From: a virus
Virus record (IMG/VR): IMGVR_UViG_3300022602_002120
Location: 1 to 64,000 of that record
Strand: one strand, 5' to 3'
DNA length: 64,000 nucleotides
Shown: positions 38,877 through 48,155 of the stretch, piece by piece
How the letters are laid out: each line of letters opens with the position of its first letter
Numbering within the stretch: position 1 is the stretch's first letter
The notes under the pieces: generated by a model
The model's input: only the letters and a program-made list of their open reading frames with translations
Told to the model about the DNA's origin: nothing
The model's database searches: none
Program-made: the position numbers and the translations under genes

Positions 38877-41791
38877 TATGACACCGCCAATGTGGTAACT
38901 GTTTGACCACTTGCTAAAGCTATTCTAATCAATGCTACGTTGTTGGTTGCAGATGACATACTTACTGTACCTAGTGTCATTGTATATGCGGCATTTAATG
39001 CCACGTTGGCTGATACCAATGCTCCGCTACCGCAACCGTTTGATCCGTTACCGCCAGCTCCTGTATTAGCTCCAGGTTTACCACTACCAGCATAGCTAAC
39101 TGTAGCATCTAACCAACCATTTAATGTACTTGTACTATCAATTGCTGTTCCCGGTGCGGCTATCCATAATCCAGCAATCCCAGCCGGTGCTACTAAGTTT
39201 AAGTTAAAGTTTGAAATACCTGTACGTTGGAAGCCCATGGTAAAGTATTGATAACTTGTGCCGTCACCACTACGATTAGGTCCTACTGGCAGATATCCAG
39301 TGCTGTAATTAGCTGTTGAGTAACGTAGCACCCCTAAACGAATAGTAGCTTCTCTAGTACCAGCAACACCAGGATCACTAGTTTCATTATAAGTGTTTGC
39401 TGTAGACATAAAGTTTGTAGTGTTTACATAGCTAGGCGTATGTGTTGTACTTGATAAGAAGTATGTACTACGCACCGCTGGGTTTGTATTAGCTGATGTA
39501 TTTGCTGATATAGCAATTTCACTAATACCACTTTGTGCTGCTGTGTGTACTTGGATAGCTGTGTTTGTATAGTAGTTTGAACTAGTGCCATTAACACTAG
39601 TCACAGTTAATACTAAGTTTGCTATGCTACGAACAGCCGATGCAGTTACTGATACTGTTAGTGGGTTTAATGTATATGAACTGTATGCTCCAGTATTAGC
39701 GATAGGTGTACCACCACTTAACATTGTTACCGCAGTGTTGCTTACCGTTGCGTAGGTATACGTAGCCGCAGTGACTATGGCACTACTTGTACCTTCTTGG
39801 AATTGCCCTGTGCTGATGCTCACAGGACTGCCGTTATAATATGTTTGCCCTATCCAACTACTGATAGTAGTATTACCAACTAACACAGTAGGACTACCTG
39901 TATTATAATATGGTACACCAGAAACATATCTGTAAGTACCGTTGGTGCTAGGTATAGTAATACCAGATGCCGCTGTTGGAACTGATGTTATATTGTCAAC
40001 TACAAAGTCTACGTTACTAGTTCTACCAGTTGTTGAATGTATTATGCCGAATCTGTTTATGCCTATAGGTAATTTGCTACCAGTTGCGGTAACGTTGGCC
40101 GTAAAGCCAGACCCCCAACCTGGATAGTATATCGAGCTAGCAAAGGTTGTTGCAGCACCTGTTTGTGCAAATAAATTATAATCGCTAAGAGTAATGACCC
40201 AAAGATTGCCGTATAACCCTGTTGTTTGTGAGTTTGCAAAATTAACATTACCCGAGTCTACACCGTTGACTAAAGAAGCTAAAACTCCTGCATTAGCATT
40301 ATAAGTTAATGTGTTAGTTATTGTACCACCACTGGCACTAACAGTAGTTTGATTGTAGGTAGCGCGGTTAACTGAAGCTCCGACTGTTAATGTTGTTCCG
40401 CCTGTGTTATCTGTAACACTAGCTGCTAGGTACGGACTTGTACCTACACTTGTGCCGTATGTTAATGATCGTGTACTTACACCATATGGTGTAGCTGGTA
40501 CGTTGGCATAGACTTTTAATGCTACGTTTGAGTATAGCGGTAAGATTGCTGGGTTAGCAAGATTATCTGTTAGTAATGCTAGATTAACACCCCATTGCCC
40601 TGAGCCACTATTTCCATTATATGTATAGGCCAAGTTAGCACCTAATACCCCGCCAGGACTTGTATTGTTTGCTATGTTAGATACTGTACCATCACCCCAC
40701 AGTACTGACCAAGTTACTGTGCTGGTATTTGTGTTGGTTGTGGTATTTTGTAGATAAATTGTATTACCTTGGATGGCATATAAATTATTACCACTAAGAA
40801 TTGTTCCACCTGTATTAGTTCTATACAGATTGTAACTCATCACTGGGTTAGGACCGTAAATCTGTATGTACCCAGGAATTTGGAATGCCGCTGAATTACT
40901 TGGCACAGCACCATTGGTGTTGGTTGCTGTAACCGCTACAGTAAACGGAGTACCCGCATTAGTAGCGTAGGTATGTGTGGCTGTAGTAGAACTTGTTGTA
41001 GTATTTGCACTTCCGTCACCCCAACTAATTACATATTGGTTAACATTACCTTGCGGTACCATTGTTAATAAAATAGTTTGACCTTGGCCACCTGCTGTTA
41101 CATTGCTTGAGAATGTAACTGTACGAACAAAGGTATTAGTAAACAAGTTTTCTGCCACTGAATTTAAAATATCAATAGCATCTGTAACAGTAGTAGATGT
41201 AGTAAAGCCTAAATAGGCTGCATTGTTGCCAGCTAAGTTACCATCTGACGGAGTACCTAACGGAATTACATTGCCTATAACATCTGCAGAAATTGCACTA
41301 TCAACGTATGATTTAGTTGCAGCATCTGTACCTGTAATTGGAGTTGCAACGTTGATAATTCTATTGTTACCAGCGTTTAGATTGCCGCCAACAAACAAGT
41401 TGCCTATGCTTACGTTAGCTACTACTAGATTGCCGGAAATAGTTAAGTTTTGTAGTACACCAACATTAGTGATATTAGGTTGATTTGCAGTTACTAACGT
41501 ACCTGTAAGATAGTTAGATTGCACATTAGCAAAATAACCAGTGCGCCACCAATTAGTTGTAGTCCCGAGATCGTAACTTACATTGGCCCCAGTATAAACA
41601 TGTCCATTGCTAGTATTAATGTTACCGCTAACATCTAAATCGTATTGCGGTGCACTGTTGTTAATACCAATACGGTAGTTTGTTACGTCCCAGTATTGTA
41701 GAGTTAGGCCAGATGAGGTTATACTAAGGTCTGTACCTTGGCGGTCTAAATTACTTAGTAGTGAATACCCCGGAATGCGACTGATTGCCAT
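38876..41791 (-). CDS. Structural protein with PKD-like Ig domains (971 aa)
   Basis: ISWGDGS...THTY and VLWGDGT PKD signatures; INVATP....DAATKSYVD fibre motif; late promoter at 41815-41820. Confidence 0.7.
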   Translation of the reverse strand: MAISRIPGYSLLSNLDRQGTDLSITSSGLTLQYWDVTNYRIGINNSAPQYDLDVSGNINTSNGHVYTGANVSYDLGTTTNWWRTGYFANVQSNYLTGTLVTANQPNITNVGVLQNLTISGNLVVANVSIGNLFVGGNLNAGNNRIINVATPITGTDAATKSYVDSAISADVIGNVIPLGTPSDGNLAGNNAAYLGFTTSTTVTDAIDILNSVAENLFTNTFVRTVTFSSNVTAGGQGQTILLTMVPQGNVNQYVISWGDGSANTTTSSTTATHTYATNAGTPFTVAVTATNTNGAVPSNSAAFQIPGYIQIYGPNPVMSYNLYRTNTGGTILSGNNLYAIQGNTIYLQNTTTNTNTSTVTWSVLWGDGTVSNIANNTSPGGVLGANLAYTYNGNSGSGQWGVNLALLTDNLANPAILPLYSNVALKVYANVPATPYGVSTRSLTYGTSVGTSPYLAASVTDNTGGTTLTVGASVNRATYNQTTVSASGGTITNTLTYNANAGVLASLVNGVDSGNVNFANSQTTGLYGNLWVITLSDYNLFAQTGAATTFASSIYYPGWGSGFTANVTATGSKLPIGINRFGIIHSTTGRTSNVDFVVDNITSVPTAASGITIPSTNGTYRYVSGVPYYNTGSPTVLVGNTTISSWIGQTYYNGSPVSISTGQFQEGTSSAIVTAATYTYATVSNTAVTMLSGGTPIANTGAYSSYTLNPLTVSVTASAVRSIANLVLTVTSVNGTSSNYYTNTAIQVHTAAQSGISEIAISANTSANTNPAVRSTYFLSSTTHTPSYVNTTNFMSTANTYNETSDPGVAGTREATIRLGVLRYSTANYSTGYLPVGPNRSGDGTSYQYFTMGFQRTGISNFNLNLVAPAGIAGLWIAAPGTAIDSTSTLNGWLDATVSYAGSGKPGANTGAGGNGSNGCGSGALVSANVALNAAYTMTLGTVSMSSATNNVALIRIALASGQTVTTLAVS

Positions 41792-41829
41792 TAATAATTA
41801 TCCAACCTTTACACTATTTATCTGGATAA

Positions 41830-42273
41830 TTAAGCTATGTTTGAAACTGTGCTTGCGAATCCGCTAATGATTGTGATAGTTGCGCCGCTACTTGGGGGGC
41901 TACTAAAAATAATATTTCCTGTGCCATCGAATGTATAGTTGGTGTTAGGGATCTGATACACTGATCCTGCATGAACTATAACTTTAAGTTCGTCGCCTGA
42001 CACAAACGGCACCGGCGGATTCCAAAAGCGTGTTTTTGATCCATCAGCTCCTATTGGACTAAATGAAGATATAGTAACATTGCCTTGTGTGGCCACAGCA
42101 TTCCACCCGCCTACACCGGATGTGTTAGAAAAGAATTCTAACTTGTTTGTAGTGGTGTTCCAACGTACTTGCGCATTAGCGGCTGGGTTAGGCCCAACAG
42201 TACTAGTCCCAGTTGGCACACCTAGAGCATAAGCCGCACCACTGAATACTTGATTTTTAAGCATGCGTCCCAT
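41830..42273 (-). CDS. Small structural protein sharing fibre modules
   Basis: VPTGT...RWNTTTNKLEFF and ADGSKTRF...YQIP..NY modules. Confidence 0.65.
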   Translation of the reverse strand: MGRMLKNQVFSGAAYALGVPTGTSTVGPNPAANAQVRWNTTTNKLEFFSNTSGVGGWNAVATQGNVTISSFSPIGADGSKTRFWNPPVPFVSGDELKVIVHAGSVYQIPNTNYTFDGTGNIIFSSPPSSGATITIISGFASTVSNIA

Positions 42274-42276
42274 GAA

Positions 42277-42582
42277 TTAGATTCCTACGTAGTTTACTGT
42301 TGCACTAATTGAACCACCCGAGTTAGCTCTAATATAATCACCGCTAGCTAAAACTAATTTTTCTTTGTCAACAACATAGGTATCTGACGGAGCAATTTGA
42401 ATTTCTTTATATACAATGTTAGCTGTAGTGCTATATGGAGCTCCATTACCAGTAACCCAAACGTTCAAGTTAGCTGCACCTGATCCCCAATTACAAAAAT
42501 ACATAGTTGAAATAACTGTATTGCCTGTACTTGCATAGATATTACTTGTTGCTAGTGTAAGTGTTGTGCTAATTAATGCCAT
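42277..42582 (-). CDS. Small beta-rich structural protein (101 aa)
   Basis: In-operon ORF in the fibre cluster. Confidence 0.65.
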   Translation of the reverse strand: MALISTTLTLATSNIYASTGNTVISTMYFCNWGSGAANLNVWVTGNGAPYSTTANIVYKEIQIAPSDTYVVDKEKLVLASGDYIRANSGGSISATVNYVGI

Positions 42583-42592
42583 TTAATAAATC

Positions 42593-43234
42593 CTATAAGA
42601 ATAACGAAAAGCCAAATGCTCTACGTTTTGTAACTAATTCTTCGTTACTAGATGCTGTACCTGTTACATATATCCCTGTTTGACCTGCGCCTTCGGCAGC
42701 GGCATTAACTACAGTACTACCTAATGCTGATGTGTATGTAACATTAGCATACTTCATTTGTAGCGCACCTTGCAAAGTGATATAAGAAGTTGCTGTAACG
42801 TTGGCATATATAGTATAACCGTTAACATTTAGGTTAGCACCTAATACAGGCGCTTTATCGTCAAATACTGTAGTTAAACCAGTGCCAGATGTTGTTATAT
42901 TTGCAAAATTGCCACCAGTTTGGTCACTAACTTGCCAACTCTTTACTGTTTCATTCCATTGGAATTTAACATTTGGTAGTGTACCGCGATCAATAATAAC
43001 ACCAGAAGTAGTACCTAATGTACTAACACCTGCGCCAGTTTCGCCGTCATTCAATGTAATAAAGTTATCAGTGATACTTAAAACATTGCTTGAGATTTCT
43101 GCTGTGTTGCCACGAACGTATAAGTTACCAGTAATGTATACTGTATCAGTATCTAAGGTAATGTTACTAGTAACACCAGTTTTGAATGGTGTTTGTATAA
43201 CTAAATTACCATTGAGTTTTTTAACTGTAGCCAT
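42593..43234 (-). CDS. Structural protein, fibre-head-like (213 aa)
   Basis: ITDNFITLN.G.TG....SGVIIDRG resembles the N-terminal VNDPLVVLN...EGLIFNRG of the 1587-aa fibre; late promoter at 43254-43259. Confidence 0.6.
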   Translation of the reverse strand: MATVKKLNGNLVIQTPFKTGVTSNITLDTDTVYITGNLYVRGNTAEISSNVLSITDNFITLNDGETGAGVSTLGTTSGVIIDRGTLPNVKFQWNETVKSWQVSDQTGGNFANITTSGTGLTTVFDDKAPVLGANLNVNGYTIYANVTATSYITLQGALQMKYANVTYTSALGSTVVNAAAEGAGQTGIYVTGTASSNEELVTKRRAFGFSLFL

Positions 43235-43276
43235 CTAAATATTCCGTTTACATTATTTATCACAAAAGTTAGAGAT

Positions 43277-43306
43277 AAAAAAATAGCGGCTTAGAGCCGC
43301 TATTTT
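43277..43306. terminator. Intrinsic terminator
   Basis: AAAAATAGCGGC-TTAGA-GCCGCTATTTT. Confidence 0.85.
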
Positions 43307-43319
43307 CATTAACTAAAAA

Positions 43320-44228
43320 TTAGTTATTTGTTGCGATTTGAACTGATACACCATTAACTGGTGAGTTAGGACTTACTACCCATGCTACTTTCTGATCAAT
43401 AACAAATTGTACACCGTTAATTGGGTGTAAGGTTGCTGTACGATCACATAAGTGTTTAACATAGTAAGTATTACCATCGCTGTCTGTGGCTGTAATAGTC
43501 ATCCAACCTGCACCTAACGGACCACCGTTTGTAACTACTAAAGCATTACCTGTTAGTACGCAATTATCTGTACCATCAGCGTTAGTTACATTGTAACGAC
43601 GAGCACCTTTCTGTGCGTTGATGTCTGCTAATTTAGCAATAGTTCCGCTAGAAATCCAAGCATTGGCCGCAATAACGTTAGCTGTAACATCTGGTGTGTA
43701 TAATACCGCTGTTAATGCACCACCGTAACCTACGTCACCGAATGCAATAGTAGTACCTGCTAACGGTGCTGTGTTAGCACTTGACATAGTAACTACATTA
43801 GTACCGTATACGTTAATAGATGTAATAGTTGCCGAGGCACTGAACCCTACGTTAGCTACCATACCTAAGTATAAACCAGATGTAGTTGAAACAGTAACGT
43901 TGCCGTTAGCTGGATATACAGAAGTAGCAGTAACTACCACGTTAGATGGTTTAACAATTGAAATAGCCGGAGCCGTTACATAACCACTACCTGATGTAAT
44001 TACTGACGTTGTTGCAATAACCCCGTTAGCAAATTCAGTATCGCCAACAACCGCTGTAATACCACCAATTGGACTTGGTGCTACTGTGAAGCTAATACCT
44101 TGTGAATATGCTGTTCCTGGATTAGTAATAGTTACACTAGCTAGACCTTCGCCGCCTGCACCATCAAATACTTCGCCATCATTGACGTTACCAACGCCAA
44201 AATATTTTCTTTTAATTGGTCTTCCCAT
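43320..44228 (-). CDS. Putative capsid/tail decoration protein (302 aa, starts MGRPIK)
   Basis: Beta-rich, with GSGYVTAP repeats; downstream of the capsid gene. Confidence 0.6.
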   Translation of the reverse strand: MGRPIKRKYFGVGNVNDGEVFDGAGGEGLASVTITNPGTAYSQGISFTVAPSPIGGITAVVGDTEFANGVIATTSVITSGSGYVTAPAISIVKPSNVVVTATSVYPANGNVTVSTTSGLYLGMVANVGFSASATITSINVYGTNVVTMSSANTAPLAGTTIAFGDVGYGGALTAVLYTPDVTANVIAANAWISSGTIAKLADINAQKGARRYNVTNADGTDNCVLTGNALVVTNGGPLGAGWMTITATDSDGNTYYVKHLCDRTATLHPINGVQFVIDQKVAWVVSPNSPVNGVSVQIATNN

Positions 44229-44238
44229 GATATTCTCC

Positions 44239-44661
44239 TTAGTTTGTAGCTACGTTAGCCATTGTAGATGTAGCTGCAATTTGAATATCATAAGCCCAAC
44301 GATTGCCATTCCAGTCGACTACCCAGTGATCTTGTAATTCTTTAGCATAGAATTGTGTACCTGTGTAGTCATAACATATAACACTTGCTTGACCGGCTGC
44401 TAGATTACCAATGTCTGTGTTACGTAGATACACTGTAGTGTTAGCGTTAAAACTTGAGCTGTCGGCTACATCAAATCTGTGTTTACTACGTTGTTTGTAT
44501 GCAAAACCGTGTGCATGTGTTGTGCCTGTTGAGTCTGCATATTGGAAATCGATTGTGTATACGCCTGTTACTGCGTATGGTGCACCAATTGTACCACCAA
44601 TGCCACTAGCATATCCGATATCGTTTGTACTGCCTGATGTTAATTTAATAGGACGTCCCAT
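44239..44661 (-). CDS. Putative decoration protein (140 aa, starts MGRPIK)
   Basis: Paralogous N- and C-termini with the next gene; late promoter at 44741-44746; SD AAGGAG. Confidence 0.6.
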   Translation of the reverse strand: MGRPIKLTSGSTNDIGYASGIGGTIGAPYAVTGVYTIDFQYADSTGTTHAHGFAYKQRSKHRFDVADSSSFNANTTVYLRNTDIGNLAAGQASVICYDYTGTQFYAKELQDHWVVDWNGNRWAYDIQIAATSTMANVATN

Positions 44662-44753
44662 TTGTTTTTCTCCTTATGGTTGGCGTTCTAGGCCTACGCG
44701 GTGGGTGCCGCATAAACTCCCCTTACGGAGCGAACACATATATTTATCGTAGC

Positions 44754-44782
44754 TTGACTTTTAACAGCTTAGATAGTATAAT
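44754..44782 (+). promoter_or_regulatory. Sigma70 (early) promoter TTGACT-17-TATAAT
   Basis: -35 at 44754-44759, -10 at 44777-44782. Confidence 0.85.
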
Positions 44783-44810
44783 TACGGTTCATTTGTATAA
44801 GGAGTTTAAT

Positions 44811-45137
44811 ATGACTTGGTACAACGCAAAATACAAAGGTGTTAAGCCCGTTTTTAAGGGCGGTGCTACTAACTACAATACTATTAACGCTACTAAGAAA
44901 TATGTAGAATATTTTTTAGACATACAAGACATGAATGAATTACTTAGAACTACTAAAAGTTTTGATATTAAAATGGATTTGTTATATTGTTTAGATAAGG
45001 CAGAAAGTAAACGTGCGTGGAATTTTAGGCATCCTAACTTTTGTCAAAAGGATGCTAACGTACTGCTACAAGCTGTAAGAAATGTTAAACGCAAAGATGG
45101 CTATGATATAACAGAACGTTTTGAGTATTATGCTTAG
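44811..45137 (+). CDS. Hypothetical early protein (108 aa)
   Basis: SD AAGGAG then ATG at 44811; own promoter and terminator. Confidence 0.8.
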   Translation: MTWYNAKYKGVKPVFKGGATNYNTINATKKYVEYFLDIQDMNELLRTTKSFDIKMDLLYCLDKAESKRAWNFRHPNFCQKDANVLLQAVRNVKRKDGYDITERFEYYA

Positions 45138-45139
45138 AT

Positions 45140-45170
45140 AAAAAAATAGCACCCGAAGGTGCTATTTTTA
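45140..45170. terminator. Bidirectional terminator between the capsid gene and the convergent early gene
   Basis: AAAAAATAGCACC-CGAA-GGTGCTATTTTT. Confidence 0.9.
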
Positions 45171-45194
45171 TTTTCATATCCTAAAGAATAAATC

Positions 45195-46364
45195 TTATTG
45201 GAATGATAGGTTGCTAATACCAATCGCTTCTAAGTAGTCAGCTGCATTACCTAGAGATGAAGCAGTATTTGTAAGCTCAGCATAACCATAACGTGTCATA
45301 AAGCCTACTACTGGTTCAAACGTATTTGGATCTAGAACAACACCAGAACTCATTAGAGGCACATATGGGCAATAGAACGCAGCTGCATCAGCTTCGCTAG
45401 AACCTTTGTAACCTACTAATACTGCTGTACCTGTTGCTGCAAATGAGTTAACATAGATCTTCATAGCATTGTTTAAAGTACCAACTAGTTTTGTGTTAGT
45501 TGGAGCTTCGAAAGTACCTTCTGTTGAACGAGCAAAAGCTGAAGTTGTAGCAGATTGTAGTACTGTTAATGCTTCTGGACTTACAACTGCCCAGTTAGCT
45601 GCACCGCGACGTGTACGTTGAGCGATCAAGTTTGCAGCGCGGTTAATTAAAACTGCTAGAGCTGCGTGCTCGTCACCTACGAATGTAGCTGTACCAGATA
45701 CTGTAGCTTGGTTGTAGTTGTATGTGTTACCTGAAAGTGCCATTAGAGATGCTAAAATCTCTTGGTCAATTTCAACTGTAATTTCTTGAGCCAAAGCTGC
45801 CATAATTTCAGCTTCAACATCTAAACCGTGCATACTTTGTGCATCTTGAGCTGCCTCAAATGTCCAACGTGCGCTTAATTTACGTGTTTTAGCTTCAACA
45901 ACTTGTTTCAAGATTTGTACGTTGATACGGTTACCAGGTACACCTTCAAGTGTTGATGTTGAAGCTGCTTTACCTGCTGTTGTACCAGAGTACGCTGTTG
46001 CAATCTTGAATGGACTTAATGCCTCATCACCACCGTTTGTGCTGTCGCCTGAAGTTGCAGTAACTTGATCAGCGTAACGAACACGTAGAGTGTGGATTTG
46101 AGCCACTGGGCCAGTCATTGGTTGTACACCAACGATTTCATTCGCAATAACTGTCGGCATTACACGACGAATTACTGGAAGAATAACGCGGTTTAATGTA
46201 GCTACGTTACCAACAGCAGTAGCGCCACTGGTTGCAGTTTCCATCAAGTGTTTCTTAGTATTTTCTAAGATAACAGCCATTGTAGTTCTTTTAGAACCTT
46301 GTAGACCTTCTAACAGGGCGTCTTTGGTCTCATTCCAACGGCCTTCTAATAGTTGGGTTGTCAT
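45195..46364 (-). CDS. gp23: Major capsid protein gp23
   Basis: VGVQPMTGP, RKLSARWTFEAAQD, EIDQEIL, FYCPYVPL, GFMTRYG. Confidence 0.97.
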   Translation of the reverse strand: MTTQLLEGRWNETKDALLEGLQGSKRTTMAVILENTKKHLMETATSGATAVGNVATLNRVILPVIRRVMPTVIANEIVGVQPMTGPVAQIHTLRVRYADQVTATSGDSTNGGDEALSPFKIATAYSGTTAGKAASTSTLEGVPGNRINVQILKQVVEAKTRKLSARWTFEAAQDAQSMHGLDVEAEIMAALAQEITVEIDQEILASLMALSGNTYNYNQATVSGTATFVGDEHAALAVLINRAANLIAQRTRRGAANWAVVSPEALTVLQSATTSAFARSTEGTFEAPTNTKLVGTLNNAMKIYVNSFAATGTAVLVGYKGSSEADAAAFYCPYVPLMSSGVVLDPNTFEPVVGFMTRYGYAELTNTASSLGNAADYLEAIGISNLSFQ

Positions 46365-46393
46365 TTCTTATTTTCCTTAAAAAAAGTTTACTA

Positions 46394-47491
46394 CTATTTT
46401 AGCCCTGCTAAACGTTTGATATCAATGACATTGTCACCGTTTTCAATTACGTCAATTTTAGCAGATTTATCACCTGTCACTTCTTTACGACTTTCAGCAA
46501 TCATCACTTTCTCAGCTTTGACTGTTGGTGCGTTGTTTAGAACTGCTGGTAGATACTTATCGTATGCAGTTTGTAGTCTTTCTGTCTGCACACTCTCAAG
46601 AAGACTGATCATTACTTCAGCTTTCTCTTTGTTTAATGGTTTTAATAACTCTGTCATTTTCTCTTTACGAGCAATGCTTTCGTTAATAACTCGAACTTCA
46701 CGGTTCTTAGTTTCAACTAATGCTTCTTTTTCAGCAATAACTTGTTTGCTTTCAGCTAATTGACGTTCTTTCTTAGCTAATTGAGCTTGAAGTTTAGCAA
46801 ATTCTTTGTTCTCATTTAAGTGAGTAACAGCAAATTCTGCTGCGTATGCTTCAAATAAGCGACGACCGAACATGTTCTCACGAGCAGTTTGGATGTCTTC
46901 TTTTAGTTGAGCTAATTCTGACCCTAGGTTTTGTGCTACTGCTTCTTTAACAAGTTTAGAGCTACGTTTTACAAATGCTTGTTGTAATTCAGCTAATTTT
47001 GATTTAGCTTCAGCAACAAGTTTAACTTTTGTTTCAACTACAGCTTGTTTGTCTTGTTCAAACTCTTTGATCTCTTCAGCTAATGCACGGATAACAAATT
47101 TTTCTAACTTAGCAATGCTTTCGTTTTGAACTTTTTTATCTGTACGTAACTCTTTGATCTCTTCAGCTAATTTACCAACCATAAAGTCGTTAAATTTACC
47201 TGTGCTTTCAACCATTTGACGTTTAAATTTCACGCGGTCTTCTGCAAGAGCTTGTTTCTCATCGGCGAACTCTTTAAGTTCAGCGGTAAGACTTTCAGTA
47301 ACCATTTTGTCTAGAGCTTCAACCATTACAGCTTTGTCATGTGAATAGCGGTTTGCGAATTCTTCACGCAATTCAGCGCGAATCGTTTCACGTGCTTCAT
47401 TAATTTGACTTTCCCAAGCTTCTGTAATAGCAGTTTGGGTAGACTCATTAATAATGCCGCTTTCCAACAATGGTTTGATAGCGTCTAACAT
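46394..47491 (-). CDS. gp22: Prohead core scaffold gp22
   Basis: Coiled-coil protein between protease and capsid genes. Confidence 0.85.
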   Translation of the reverse strand: MLDAIKPLLESGIINESTQTAITEAWESQINEARETIRAELREEFANRYSHDKAVMVEALDKMVTESLTAELKEFADEKQALAEDRVKFKRQMVESTGKFNDFMVGKLAEEIKELRTDKKVQNESIAKLEKFVIRALAEEIKEFEQDKQAVVETKVKLVAEAKSKLAELQQAFVKRSSKLVKEAVAQNLGSELAQLKEDIQTARENMFGRRLFEAYAAEFAVTHLNENKEFAKLQAQLAKKERQLAESKQVIAEKEALVETKNREVRVINESIARKEKMTELLKPLNKEKAEVMISLLESVQTERLQTAYDKYLPAVLNNAPTVKAEKVMIAESRKEVTGDKSAKIDVIENGDNVIDIKRLAGLK

Positions 47492-47500
47492 TCTGATCTC

Positions 47501-48142
47501 CTATTTAATTTTAAGATCTTTGATTAAGCGTGTTACATGCTCTTTCAAATACTTTTGTACTTTTTGATCTGCACTGGCTTCACGTGCCATTTCGAATACC
47601 TTACTGCCACCACGCATATTCATCAGTCCTTCGTAAATCGCTGTTGGATACGCATTAGGTGCGCTTGGTTGTGCAACTACATCTACTGTGACTATTTCAA
47701 AGTCACTTACTTTGCCATCAGCCTCGTTAACGTTACCGCTACCGCGACTAGATACGCCTAGTTTCACACCTGACTCTAACATAGTCTGAACTAACTGACC
47801 CATTGGAGTAGGTAAAATCTTTAATTTGCCAAAGCCATTAGGTCCATCCATCCACATATCTGTAATCATGTGGCTTACACGGTCTAGGTTAATTTTCAAA
47901 TCATCAGGGTGATCTACTTCGCCTAAAACGCTGTAGCCACCCTTGATTTGTTCATTTAACGTAGAAACGGCTTTTTCAATTTCATTTACAGGGTACACAC
48001 GCTCATTGTGATTACGTACACCACCTTGAATGAATATACCTTTCATATAACAGTTCTTGCCTTTGCCGTCATGTGAATCCTCAGTAAGGATCTCCAATCT
48101 TGCCGCATCGTATGTTAAGTTTTCTTTAAGGTATAAAGCCAT
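47501..48142 (-). CDS. gp21: Prohead protease gp21
   Basis: GIFIQG..RNHNERVYP, GEVDHP, GVSSRGSG, DVVAQPSAP. Confidence 0.96.
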   Translation of the reverse strand: MALYLKENLTYDAARLEILTEDSHDGKGKNCYMKGIFIQGGVRNHNERVYPVNEIEKAVSTLNEQIKGGYSVLGEVDHPDDLKINLDRVSHMITDMWMDGPNGFGKLKILPTPMGQLVQTMLESGVKLGVSSRGSGNVNEADGKVSDFEIVTVDVVAQPSAPNAYPTAIYEGLMNMRGGSKVFEMAREASADQKVQKYLKEHVTRLIKDLKIK

Positions 48143-48155
48143 TTTTGTTTCCTAA

